Shown here piece by piece: positions 9,093-18,355 of a stretch of 64,000 nucleotides of DNA (the first letter of the stretch is position 1; each line of letters starts with the position of its first letter). The position numbers were made by a program, and so were the translations under genes. Source of the stretch: SAR86 cluster bacterium AG-422-P06 (lineage in GTDB: Bacteria; Pseudomonadota; Gammaproteobacteria; Magnimaribacterales; TMED112); contig QCMX01000001.1 of assembly GCA_003213455.1 (NCBI GenBank), forward strand, positions 1,667 through 65,666, in the 5' to 3' direction. Below the pieces are notes generated by a model. The model saw only the letters and a program-made list of their open reading frames with translations, was not told the origin of the DNA and did not search any database.

Positions 9093-10076
9093 TCAGCTAC
9101 TAGAATAATCAGACTTGAGTTTTCTATACAGCTCAACTGAAAGTCTTGGGCTCTTTTCTTGAACAATTATTGATGAGGCATAATTTCCAAATTTACATGC
9201 TTCTATAAAACTATGTTCTTCAATAACTTTATGAAGTGCTGCGCCCGCAAAAATATCACCAGCACCATTTGAATCTATTGCTGTAACTTGCCTAGCTTCA
9301 ATTTCTGCATAGGTATCGCCTTCCATCACATAGGATGATTCAGCACCATTAGTGACAACGTAATTATTTGTTATTTCTTTAAGAGCCTCTACAAAATTGT
9401 CCCCAACCAAGGCAGTTGCCTCCTCTTTATTGCAAAAAAGGTAATCAATTTTTCTGACGCTAAAAACCTCTTTAAACCTCTCCTTAAAAACCTCAACAAC
9501 ACCTGGATCTGAAAGGCTAAGTGCTACTTTAGTTGTTAATTTTGTCCCTTTTAGTATTGTTAAAAAAGCTGAATAGTTTTCTTCAGAAGTGAACTGATAG
9601 CCTTCAGAAAAGAGAATCTTAGATTCATTAGCAATATCTATAAATTCTGGATTAAAAACTAGTTTCTCTGATGCGCCAAGATAGGTGCCCATTGTTCTCT
9701 CACTATTAGGTGTAATAAAAACCAAACATCTTCCAGTTCTTACTTGATCGTGATAAAAATTATTCATTGACGCAATGCCATTATGAGACAAATTTTCTTC
9801 ATATAATCTGCCCCTATCATCATTGGCTAGCTGGCAAATATGTGCACAATTTGAGCCAAAATTTGAGGTTGCAGCAAGGCTGTTTGTTGTAGAGCCTCCA
9901 CAAACAACGTCTGGCTCTACTCCATCTGGTAAGTTAGAAAGAATTTCTTCTTGTTCTTGGTATGAAATAGACTTGAACTGGTTAAAAAATAATTCAGTGG
10001 CATCTACAAAACTTTTATCGACATAAAATGTCTCATCCACAAGTGCATTCCCAACTCCCAAAACATCAAATTTCAT
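9093..10076 (-). CDS. PfkB-family kinase, adenosine kinase-like
   Basis: 327 aa. PfkB signatures GVGNALVD (N-terminal) and DSNGAGDIFAGAAL (C-terminal). Substrate is inferred only from family resemblance. Confidence 0.7.
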   Translation of the reverse strand: MKFDVLGVGNALVDETFYVDKSFVDATELFFNQFKSISYQEQEEILSNLPDGVEPDVVCGGSTTNSLAATSNFGSNCAHICQLANDDRGRLYEENLSHNGIASMNNFYHDQVRTGRCLVFITPNSERTMGTYLGASEKLVFNPEFIDIANESKILFSEGYQFTSEENYSAFLTILKGTKLTTKVALSLSDPGVVEVFKERFKEVFSVRKIDYLFCNKEEATALVGDNFVEALKEITNNYVVTNGAESSYVMEGDTYAEIEARQVTAIDSNGAGDIFAGAALHKVIEEHSFIEACKFGNYASSIIVQEKSPRLSVELYRKLKSDYSSS

Positions 10077-11361
10077 TTTTTATTTCTTCCAATGATAGTT
10101 CTGCAATTCTACCAGCTTTTAACATTTTTTCTTCGTCATGTTCTGTTGAGATGAAACAACTTTCGTAGGCTGAAGGTGGAAGGTATATATTTTTTTCTAA
10201 CATTTTTCTAAAAAACTTAGAGAAAAAATCAATATCAGATTTTTGAACATCATCAAAATTTCTAGGTAATTCATCAGCAAAGAAAAATCCAAACATTCCA
10301 CCTCTAACATTGTAAGAAAAAGGAATATCTAATCTTTTTGCTGCATTATTAACTATCTCAAGAAATTTTTTAGCATTACTTTCCATCTTCGAATAAATAG
10401 TTTTATCTGATAATTGTTTCAGCAATGCAGTTCCTGCGCTCACAGCTATTGGATTACCTGATAATGTGCCTGCTTGATATACAGGACCATCAGGCGATAT
10501 ATTGTTCATAATCTCAGCTTTGCCTCCATAGACACCAACTGGCAGACCACCACCAACAATTTTACCTAAGGCTGTTAAATCAGGTGTTATATCAAGAAGT
10601 TCTTGAACTCCTCCTCTTGCAACTCGAAAGCCAGTCATAACTTCATCAAATATAAGTATCGTCTTGTTATCAGAACAAAGTTTTCTCAGATGCTCTAAGA
10701 ATTTTTTCTCAGGTTCGATGAAACCCATATTTCCTGCAATTGGTTCAATAATCACAGCAGCAATATCATCTCCAAACTTTGAAAAAGCTTCATTAAGGCT
10801 TTCAGTGTCATTGTAGGGAAGTGTTATTGTAAGCTCTGATAATTCCTTGGGAATTCCAGGTGAATCAGGAGCGCCAAGTGTAGCTAAACCAGAACCTGCT
10901 TTTACTAAGAGAGAATCTACATGGCCATGATAGCAGCCAATAAATTTAATAATCTTTTTTCTATTAGTTGTTCCTCTAGCTAACCGTATACAGCTCATGG
11001 TTGCTTCAGTACCAGAGTTAACCATTCTGAGCTTTTCTATGCTTGGTAAATAGGATTTAATAATTTTTGCTATTTCTAACTCATTCTTCGTGGGCGCTCC
11101 AAAGCTTATCCCTTTACTAGCTTGTTTCTTTATAGCATCAATAATGTTTTTATTTGAATGTCCCAAAACCATAGGCCCCCATGAACCTACAAAATCTAAG
11201 TATTTGTTGCCATCCTCATCATACAAATAGCACCCTCTAGATTTTTTAAAAAATATTGGAGAACCTCCAACACTTTTAAAGGCCCTAACTGGAGAATTAA
11301 CTCCACCTGCTATATGGTTTTTTGATTTCTCAAATAATTCTTGCGAGTTTTTCGTTTTCAT
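10066..11361 (-). CDS. hemL: Glutamate-1-semialdehyde 2,1-aminomutase
   Basis: 431 aa. GGVNSPVRAF, SWGPMVLGH and FDEVMTGFR motifs. Confidence 0.95.
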   Translation of the reverse strand: MKTKNSQELFEKSKNHIAGGVNSPVRAFKSVGGSPIFFKKSRGCYLYDEDGNKYLDFVGSWGPMVLGHSNKNIIDAIKKQASKGISFGAPTKNELEIAKIIKSYLPSIEKLRMVNSGTEATMSCIRLARGTTNRKKIIKFIGCYHGHVDSLLVKAGSGLATLGAPDSPGIPKELSELTITLPYNDTESLNEAFSKFGDDIAAVIIEPIAGNMGFIEPEKKFLEHLRKLCSDNKTILIFDEVMTGFRVARGGVQELLDITPDLTALGKIVGGGLPVGVYGGKAEIMNNISPDGPVYQAGTLSGNPIAVSAGTALLKQLSDKTIYSKMESNAKKFLEIVNNAAKRLDIPFSYNVRGGMFGFFFADELPRNFDDVQKSDIDFFSKFFRKMLEKNIYLPPSAYESCFISTEHDEEKMLKAGRIAELSLEEIKNEI

Positions 11362-11474
11362 TCAGATATTCTTGATGATCTCTTATGCCAAAGGATCGTT
11401 AATATTTCTCTATAAATATAATGATAGTTTTATATGTCTAATTAAGCTAATAGCAACATGAATAATATAGATAT

Positions 11475-12017
11475 TTAACCTGGTAAAAGCTCTTTTAAAA
11501 TTCTTTCACCAAATGTCTCAACTTTATCCCAATCTGTAAACTCAAAAACTTTAGTTTGGTCTGTTGGGCCTTTTGACATCCACATAATAAATCTAATCAT
11601 ATGCTTATCGAAAAAATTATAGTCCGGATAGGATATCTTCCCTGCAAAAACTGCGAGCATATCCGGTTGCCAAACAACCTTTTTTAAAAATTTTTTCAAA
11701 TAAGGATTAGTTTCAATTGAGTTTTTATCATCCTTGCGTGCAACAGCATTTACATTAAAGAATGCTGTCCTTTTTCTGGCAAGCAAAGCTTCATTTTTAT
11801 TTACAAAAGTATATAGGCTTGGTTTATGGTTACCGTACCTAATGCTTGCTCCTAAAACTACACAATCAAATTCATTAAGATCAAGATTTGAAGTTTCTTC
11901 AGCATTAACAATGTATACGTTAGTATGATTCTCAATAATTTTTTTAATACGTTCACAGATTAACAAAGTATGCCCATCTGTACTTGAATAAACGATTAAT
12001 GTTTTTTTCATAACCAA
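11475..12017 (-). CDS. hemG: Flavodoxin-type protoporphyrinogen IX dehydrogenase
   Basis: 180 aa. Collinear with the E. coli HemG pattern (LIVYSSTDGHT...GASIRYG...AFFNVNAVARK...FTDW). Confidence 0.88.
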   Translation of the reverse strand: MVMKKTLIVYSSTDGHTLLICERIKKIIENHTNVYIVNAEETSNLDLNEFDCVVLGASIRYGNHKPSLYTFVNKNEALLARKRTAFFNVNAVARKDDKNSIETNPYLKKFLKKVVWQPDMLAVFAGKISYPDYNFFDKHMIRFIMWMSKGPTDQTKVFEFTDWDKVETFGERILKELLPG

Positions 12018-12064
12018 CAGAATTATAAGTCAATAATAAATTTTGATAGAATTACATTATAAAT

Positions 12065-12412
12065 ATGGATATAAAAACAAAAAAAGCGGCACCTTTTGAT
12101 TTATCTGACAGTGCTATTGCAAAAATTTCTCTGTTAAAAGAATCGGAAGAAAATAAATTTTTTAGAGTCTATGTGACTGGGGGTGGATGCTCTGGTTTTC
12201 AATATGGTTTTAAATTTGATGATTTTGATCATGAAGAAGATGCAAAATTAGATTTTGGTAAAGGTGTTTCCGTTGTTTTAGATCATATGTCATATCCGTA
12301 TATTTTGGGATCTAAGATTGATTATACTGAGAATCTTATGGGTTCTAAATTTACAGTAGAAAACCCTAATGCTTCCTCAACTTGTGGTTGTGGTGCCTCC
12401 TTTTCTATTTAA
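12065..12412 (+). CDS. erpA: Fe-S cluster insertion protein ErpA (A-type carrier)
   Basis: 115 aa. GGGCSGFQY and C-terminal CGCGASFSI. Confidence 0.9.
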   Translation: MDIKTKKAAPFDLSDSAIAKISLLKESEENKFFRVYVTGGGCSGFQYGFKFDDFDHEEDAKLDFGKGVSVVLDHMSYPYILGSKIDYTENLMGSKFTVENPNASSTCGCGASFSI

Positions 12413-13376
12413 ATAATATAGCTCTTTCTTTGAAGGCTAAATAAGCAAAAGCTATAGCTTCAATATATTTTGAGGGTGCAACATCATCAATTGATTTAAC
12501 TGGTATTGCTGCTAGTTCCTTAATTCTGCTCATTAGATATTTATTTTCCGTTCCTCCTCCATGGAAGATTAACTCATCAACAGAATTACAAGATTTTAAA
12601 AATTCTATTATTTTAGTTGCTGTCAGTTCTGTTAATGTGCAGAGGACATCTGCAGGTTCAGTGCTAAGAATTTCGTTTTCATATTTTTCAAAAATATTCA
12701 TATAAATACTTATATCGTCTGCTCTGGGATAGGATAAATTCTCTAATTCATTCATAAACAATTCTAGAATTTCATCATTAATATTCCCTGATCTAGCTAA
12801 TAACCCGTCATTATCAAATAACCCTAATCCAAGCTTTCGCATTGCCTCATCCATAAGGCAATTACCTGGGCCAACATCAGAGGCAAGCTCTATTTCAGGC
12901 CCTTTCAAATATGTTCCATTCGCAATACCCCCAATATTAATGATCAATTTATTTTTTGAATTATCGCTTAGTAAATACTGGTGAAATGATGGAATTAAGG
13001 GCGCTCCCTTTCCGCCATGGGCAATATCAAAATTTCTAAAATCAGCATAAACAGGAATTCCAGATTCTTTTGCTATTATTTCTGGTGAGCCAGCCTGCAA
13101 ACTAAATTCATCTGAATGTGAAATTGTTTGGCCAGGAAAAGCAATGGCAATAATGTTTTCTTTGCTGTGATTAGAAATTAATTTTTTGACTAGATCTATG
13201 CTTTTTTGAGTAATTTCTTCAGAAATAAAGCTTTGATTATCTGATGATTGATAGTCTTTAGAGAAATATATTGTTTCAAGATTTTTTATCTCTAACCCAT
13301 TGCTAAAACTTACTAGACACCCATCTAAACTATCTCTGCTAGTTCCTGACATTAGACCAATGTATAGATTCCTCAT
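12405..13376 (-). CDS. anmK: Anhydro-N-acetylmuramic acid kinase
   Basis: 323 aa. YIGLMSGTSRDSLDG N-terminus and NIGGIAN motif. It shows erpA-anmK-M23-tyrS synteny. It is somewhat shorter than usual. Confidence 0.85.
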   Translation of the reverse strand: MRNLYIGLMSGTSRDSLDGCLVSFSNGLEIKNLETIYFSKDYQSSDNQSFISEEITQKSIDLVKKLISNHSKENIIAIAFPGQTISHSDEFSLQAGSPEIIAKESGIPVYADFRNFDIAHGGKGAPLIPSFHQYLLSDNSKNKLIINIGGIANGTYLKGPEIELASDVGPGNCLMDEAMRKLGLGLFDNDGLLARSGNINDEILELFMNELENLSYPRADDISIYMNIFEKYENEILSTEPADVLCTLTELTATKIIEFLKSCNSVDELIFHGGGTENKYLMSRIKELAAIPVKSIDDVAPSKYIEAIAFAYLAFKERAILFK

Positions 13377-14611
13377 TGAATGCTTGAGATATTAGAAATT
13401 ATCTCTGTTCTCTCCTCAACTAATTTATCGAAGTATTTCTTGTTATAAGAGTTTATAGATTGAGCATTTGGTGGCTCAACCTTAACAGGATCTGTATGCT
13501 TTCCATTTATATGAAATTCATAGTGCAAATGAGGGCCAGTTGCTAAACCTGTAGAACCAACATACCCAATTGTTTGGCCTTGTGTAACCTTTGCTCCCTT
13601 TTTCATGCCTTTTGCGAAACCTTGCAAGTGTGCATATCTAGTCATGTATTTGTTGTAATGCATTACATCTATGTAATTTCCATAAGAATTTGAGTATTGA
13701 GCATTCTTTATTACTCCATCCCCTGTGACTTTAACTGGAGTGCCAGTTTTTGCTGCATAATCTGTGCCTTTATGTGCTCTGATAGTATTTAAGATGGGAT
13801 GTTTTCTATTTGGATTGTAATGAGAGCTAATTCTTGCAAGCTCGATAGGGGTTCTTAAAAAAGCTTTTCTAACGTTGTTGCTGTCTGTGGTGTAATAATC
13901 TTTTCTTCCTTTTTGTGTAAAACGTATTACATTAATTTTCGTCCCTTTATTTGTGAATTCGGCTGCAAGAATATCTCCATTTGAGACTAATCGTCCATTA
14001 GAAAAAATATCCTCATATAGTATTTTTACTTTATCACCGTTCCTAATATCGTAGGCATAATCTATATCCCAACCAAAAATATAAATTAAGTCTCCAAGAA
14101 CTGATTCTGGCACACCAGCTTTTTTCCCTGATGCATATAAAGAATCTGAGATTTCAAATTCTCTAAACTGAGCTATTCTCTCAAGATTGTCCCTTTTCTT
14201 TTCAAATTCATACTTAGCCCCATCAATTGTAAGAACATCAAGATAAAAATCTTCATCAAACCTTTTTACAAACACAAGACCGTTTTTTGATGTGATGTAA
14301 ATCTGATCATTAACCTGAAGGCTTATAAATTTTTTCAGCTTTCTGTCTTTACCAATCTTATTAATTGTTGCTGGGCTAACATCAAATTTTATAAGAGTTG
14401 AGTAAAATGTATCACCAGATTTAATTAGGATCTTATCTTCTGTTGGCAGGTTTATGTCAGTATCAATTGGAGTGAGAGATATTTTCTCAATAGTTAATTC
14501 AGAATCGTTATTAAAATTTCTATTTTCTGAATCAGCAGCAATTAAAAATATAAATACCGAAGGTATTAATAATATAGCTAGAATTAATTTTAAATGAGAG
14601 CCTGTGTACAT
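13373..14611 (-). CDS. M23 family murein endopeptidase (MepM/YebA-like)
   Basis: 412 aa. N-terminal membrane anchor. HKGTDYAA and GSTGLATGPHLHYE are the LytM catalytic motifs. Confidence 0.85.
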   Translation of the reverse strand: MYTGSHLKLILAILLIPSVFIFLIAADSENRNFNNDSELTIEKISLTPIDTDINLPTEDKILIKSGDTFYSTLIKFDVSPATINKIGKDRKLKKFISLQVNDQIYITSKNGLVFVKRFDEDFYLDVLTIDGAKYEFEKKRDNLERIAQFREFEISDSLYASGKKAGVPESVLGDLIYIFGWDIDYAYDIRNGDKVKILYEDIFSNGRLVSNGDILAAEFTNKGTKINVIRFTQKGRKDYYTTDSNNVRKAFLRTPIELARISSHYNPNRKHPILNTIRAHKGTDYAAKTGTPVKVTGDGVIKNAQYSNSYGNYIDVMHYNKYMTRYAHLQGFAKGMKKGAKVTQGQTIGYVGSTGLATGPHLHYEFHINGKHTDPVKVEPPNAQSINSYNKKYFDKLVEERTEIISNISSIQ

Positions 14612-14636
14612 GTTCTGATATTATATATAAAGCTTT

Positions 14637-15839
14637 ATGAATGATCCTAAAAAACAAATTGAGATTATAAAACAAGGAATCGATGAGATCATCGGTGAAG
14701 ATGATTTATTTAAGAAATTAGAAGCAGGGAAAAAACTTGTAGTAAAAGTTGGTTTTGACCCTACAGCACCTGATTTACACCTTGGCCATACTGTAATTTT
14801 GAGAAAAATGAGACAGTTTCAAGATCTAGGCCATACTGTCATATTCCTGATTGGAGACTTCACTGGAAAAATTGGAGATCCAAGTGGTAAAAACAAGACA
14901 AGACCTCCTTTAACTGATGAAGATATAAAGCAAAATGCAAAAACTTATGAAGAACAAGTTTTTAAGGTGCTAGATAATAAAAAGACTAAAGTTGATTTCA
15001 ATTCTCGATGGGGAGATAAATTATCTGGTGCAGATATGATTAAATTGGCTGCTCAATCAACTGTTGCCAGAATGATAGAAAGAGATGATTTTTCAAAAAG
15101 ATACAAAAACAATCAACCAATATCCATACATGAATTTTTATATCCATTAATGCAAGGTCTAGACTCTGTAGAGCTTAAGGCAGATGTTGAATTAGGAGGA
15201 ACAGATCAAAAATTTAATTTACTTGTTGGTAGAGACTTGCAAAAAAATGCAGGCATGTCACCACAAACAATTATTACTTTGCCGTTGCTTGAAGGACTTG
15301 ATGGCATTAAAAAAATGTCTAAAAGTGAAGACAATTATATCGGGATAACAGAAACAGCTGATGATGTCTTTGGAAAAACTATGTCTATACCAGATGAAAT
15401 CATGTTCAAATGGTTTGATCTATTAAGCTTAAAATCTACTACCGAAATTAAAAAACTTAAAACATCACTTGAAGATGGCGGCAATCCTAGAGATGTAAAA
15501 ATCGTACTCGCTTTAGAGCTTACCGAAAGATTTACATCAAAAGATCAGGCAGAGAATGCCAAGGAAAATTTTTTTAAAAAGTTTGCAAAGAATGAGTTGC
15601 CAAGCGATATAGGAGAAAAATCTATTTCACATAAAGGTGCATATCCACTACCTAATCTATTGAAAGATATTGATTTCGCAGCTAGCACTTCAGAGGCCTT
15701 ACGTTTAATCAAACAAGGAGCTGTCAAAGTTAATCAAGTGAAGATAGATTCAAAAGATACACACATAGAGCCTGGTGTGAAAACACTGATTCAGGTAGGA
15801 AAGAAAAAAGTAATTTACGTTCTTATTAAGGGGAGTTAA
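14637..15839 (+). CDS. tyrS: Tyrosine--tRNA ligase (type 2)
   Basis: 400 aa. HLGH and KMSKS class I motifs, plus a C-terminal S4-like domain. Confidence 0.95.
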   Translation: MNDPKKQIEIIKQGIDEIIGEDDLFKKLEAGKKLVVKVGFDPTAPDLHLGHTVILRKMRQFQDLGHTVIFLIGDFTGKIGDPSGKNKTRPPLTDEDIKQNAKTYEEQVFKVLDNKKTKVDFNSRWGDKLSGADMIKLAAQSTVARMIERDDFSKRYKNNQPISIHEFLYPLMQGLDSVELKADVELGGTDQKFNLLVGRDLQKNAGMSPQTIITLPLLEGLDGIKKMSKSEDNYIGITETADDVFGKTMSIPDEIMFKWFDLLSLKSTTEIKKLKTSLEDGGNPRDVKIVLALELTERFTSKDQAENAKENFFKKFAKNELPSDIGEKSISHKGAYPLPNLLKDIDFAASTSEALRLIKQGAVKVNQVKIDSKDTHIEPGVKTLIQVGKKKVIYVLIKGS

Positions 15840-15841
15840 AA

Positions 15842-16996
15842 ATGAGTACAAAAGAATATGACTTAATCGTCTTCGGTGCTACGAGTTTCACTGGAAAATT
15901 GGTAGTTGAATATCTAAATGAAAAATACCCTGATCTTAGTTGGGCTATAGCAGCAAGAAATCAGGAAAAGATCGATGCTGTGAAATCTGAATTGTCGTGT
16001 GATGTGCCAAGTTTAATTTTGGATTCAATGAATATGGATGATATTGAAAAAGCCATGAAGCAAACAAAATTAATTTTAACCACTGTCGGGCCATATCAGA
16101 TCTATGGCAATGATATTTTAGCTATGTGTGCAAAACATGGTGTTGATTACGTAGATCTATGTGGTGAACCTGGTTGGATGTATGACATGCAACAACATTT
16201 AGAAACAGCTAAACAAAGTGGAGCAAGAATTGTACATAGTTGTGGTTTTGATTCAATACCATCTGATTTAGGTGTCTTTTTTCTTCAAAACTTAGCTCAA
16301 GAAAAATTTGGTAAACCAGTTAAACAAGTCAAATGTAGAGTGAGATCAATGAAAGGTGAATTTTCTGGCGGCACAGCTGCTTCATTGCGAGCAACCTTAA
16401 GTAAATTAAAGAAAAATCCTGATTTTTTTAATGTTTTAATAGATCCTTTTTGTTTGTGTGAGGGTTTTAAGGGTCCAGAGCAACCTAGAGACAATAAACC
16501 CTATCATGATGATGTTACTAATGAGTGGGTTGCGCCATTTTTTATGGCTGCCATCAATACTAAAAATGTGCATCGTTCAAATCAGATGCTAAACCATCCT
16601 TATGGAGAAGATTTTCTCTACGATGAAATGTTCTCAGCTGGTCCTGGCGAAGAAGGAGAGAAGAAAGCTCAAGCAATAGCTATGTATAACCCTATGCTTG
16701 GCGATAATGTGCCAAAACCTGGTGAGGGTCCTTCAAAAGAATCCAGAGATTCAGGTAGCTACGATATGTTATTTACTGGTGTAGATAATGGCGAAATAAA
16801 AATCAATGTCTCTGTTAAAGGTGAGGGAGATCCTGGTTATTCATCAACTTCAAAAATGATTACTGAAAGTGCTTTATGTCTGTTATTTGATTGCCCTGAT
16901 CTAGCAGGAGGAATATACACAACTGCACCAGCAATGGGTCAAAAATTGATTGATAGACTTGAAGAAAAACATGTTATGTTTTTTGCTGAAGAATAA
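15842..16996 (+). CDS. Saccharopine dehydrogenase-like NAD(P)-binding oxidoreductase
   Basis: 384 aa. YDLIVFGATSFTGKLV Rossmann N-terminus. Overall resemblance to the saccharopine dehydrogenase / trans-acting enoyl reductase family. Confidence 0.65.
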   Translation: MSTKEYDLIVFGATSFTGKLVVEYLNEKYPDLSWAIAARNQEKIDAVKSELSCDVPSLILDSMNMDDIEKAMKQTKLILTTVGPYQIYGNDILAMCAKHGVDYVDLCGEPGWMYDMQQHLETAKQSGARIVHSCGFDSIPSDLGVFFLQNLAQEKFGKPVKQVKCRVRSMKGEFSGGTAASLRATLSKLKKNPDFFNVLIDPFCLCEGFKGPEQPRDNKPYHDDVTNEWVAPFFMAAINTKNVHRSNQMLNHPYGEDFLYDEMFSAGPGEEGEKKAQAIAMYNPMLGDNVPKPGEGPSKESRDSGSYDMLFTGVDNGEIKINVSVKGEGDPGYSSTSKMITESALCLLFDCPDLAGGIYTTAPAMGQKLIDRLEEKHVMFFAEE

Positions 16997-17000
16997 TATA

Positions 17001-17028
17001 TAGACTTACATATTAAAAAATCTATAAT
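17001..17028 (+). promoter_or_regulatory. Putative sigma70 promoter of tRNA-Ile
   Basis: TAGACT (17001-17006), a 16-nt spacer, then TATAAT (17023-17028), 12 nt upstream of the tRNA 5' end. Such hexamers are common by chance in AT-rich DNA. Confidence 0.3.
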
Positions 17029-17040
17029 AATTTGTTCTTT

Positions 17041-17117
<77 letters not shown>

Positions 17118-17263
17118 CTCCCAGAAAAGGTTTAAATCCACGCAAAAATCATATAGATTTACTGATTGAGCATTTGACAGACATTCAAAAGCAAAAACAG
17201 AAGATAGAAGAAGATAAACTACGGTGATTAATGGTGGTAAAATTAGTTATTTACATATAAAAA

Positions 17264-18355
17264 ATGGCAAAAGACTTACACAACGCAAAAAAAAGCAAGC
17301 AAGATGATTTTTATACACAATTAACTGATATTGAAAAGGAATTAAAATATCACAAAGAAAGCCTTAAGAACAAAACAATAATTTGTAACTGTGATGATCC
17401 AAGAGTAAGCAATTTTTTTCATTATTTTTCCTTTAATTTTGAAAGCCTGCAATTGAAAAAGTTGATTTCTGTTTGTTACAAAAACCAATCAAAAGACTTA
17501 TTTACAAGAGAAGATAAAGATAAGGCAATTTACCTTATATATGAAGGTGACAAAAATAATGACAATATACCCAATGAGGATGAAATTGACGTTTTAAACC
17601 TAAACGGAGACGGAGATTTTAGAAGCCAAGAGAGTATAGAACTACTAAAACAGGCAGATATTGTTATTACAAATCCACCTTTTTCATTATTCAGAGAGTT
17701 CATAGCACAAATCATGCATTATGAGAAAAAGTTTTTAATTATTGGAAGTGTTAACGCAATAAACTATAAAGAAGTTTTTAAACTTATCATGGATAATAAA
17801 GTGTGGCTGGGAGCAAGCATTCACTCTGGAGATAGAGAATTTGGGGTACCTAAAGACCTAGTAACAAGAAGTAAAAGTTTAAGAATTGATGAAGAAGGTA
17901 ATAAATTTATAAGTGTTCCAGGTATAAGGTGGTTCACTAATCTTGAGTATGCTCAAAAATATGAAGATCTAATTCTCTATAAAAAATATAACCCTGAAGA
18001 GTATCCTAAATATGATAACTATGATGCTATAAATGTGAACGTTACAAAAGAAATACCCATGGATTACTCGGGCATAATGGGAGTCCCAATTACATTTTTA
18101 AGCAAATATAACCCTGATCAATTTGAAATTTTAGGCTTATCGCAAAAAGTTGGATATGGACTTGAGAGTACAAAGTTTTATGATGAATATGAAGAGACAA
18201 GACAGGATGGAACAAAAACAGGAAGTTCTGGTAAGAAGACAAATGGGAACCCGGTTATGAAAGGAAAACCTAAAAAAGGAAATTATTATGTCAAAGGTGA
18301 AGATATTGTTCATTCTTTGTATGGGAGAATTTTCATAAGAAATAAAAGGTTATGA
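17264..18355 (+). CDS. N6-adenine DNA methyltransferase, EcoRI-methylase family
   Basis: 363 aa. DDFYT (aa 14-18), IICNCDDPRVSNFF, the catalytic TNPPF (aa 136-140, nt 17669-17683), and the C-terminal GVPITFLSKYNPDQFEILG block typical of this family. Confidence 0.8.
   Translation: MAKDLHNAKKSKQDDFYTQLTDIEKELKYHKESLKNKTIICNCDDPRVSNFFHYFSFNFESLQLKKLISVCYKNQSKDLFTREDKDKAIYLIYEGDKNNDNIPNEDEIDVLNLNGDGDFRSQESIELLKQADIVITNPPFSLFREFIAQIMHYEKKFLIIGSVNAINYKEVFKLIMDNKVWLGASIHSGDREFGVPKDLVTRSKSLRIDEEGNKFISVPGIRWFTNLEYAQKYEDLILYKKYNPEEYPKYDNYDAINVNVTKEIPMDYSGIMGVPITFLSKYNPDQFEILGLSQKVGYGLESTKFYDEYEETRQDGTKTGSSGKKTNGNPVMKGKPKKGNYYVKGEDIVHSLYGRIFIRNKRL

Noticed and set aside
17118-17227. An open frame running out of the tRNA and ending ...PRKNHIDLLIEHLTDIQKQKQKIEEDKLR*. 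I considered it as a relic of an integrase or another islet gene.
   Set aside because: It has no start codon, codes for only about 35 residues, and carries no recognisable motif. It cannot be supported as a pseudogene from sequence alone. It would be worth a tblastn check.
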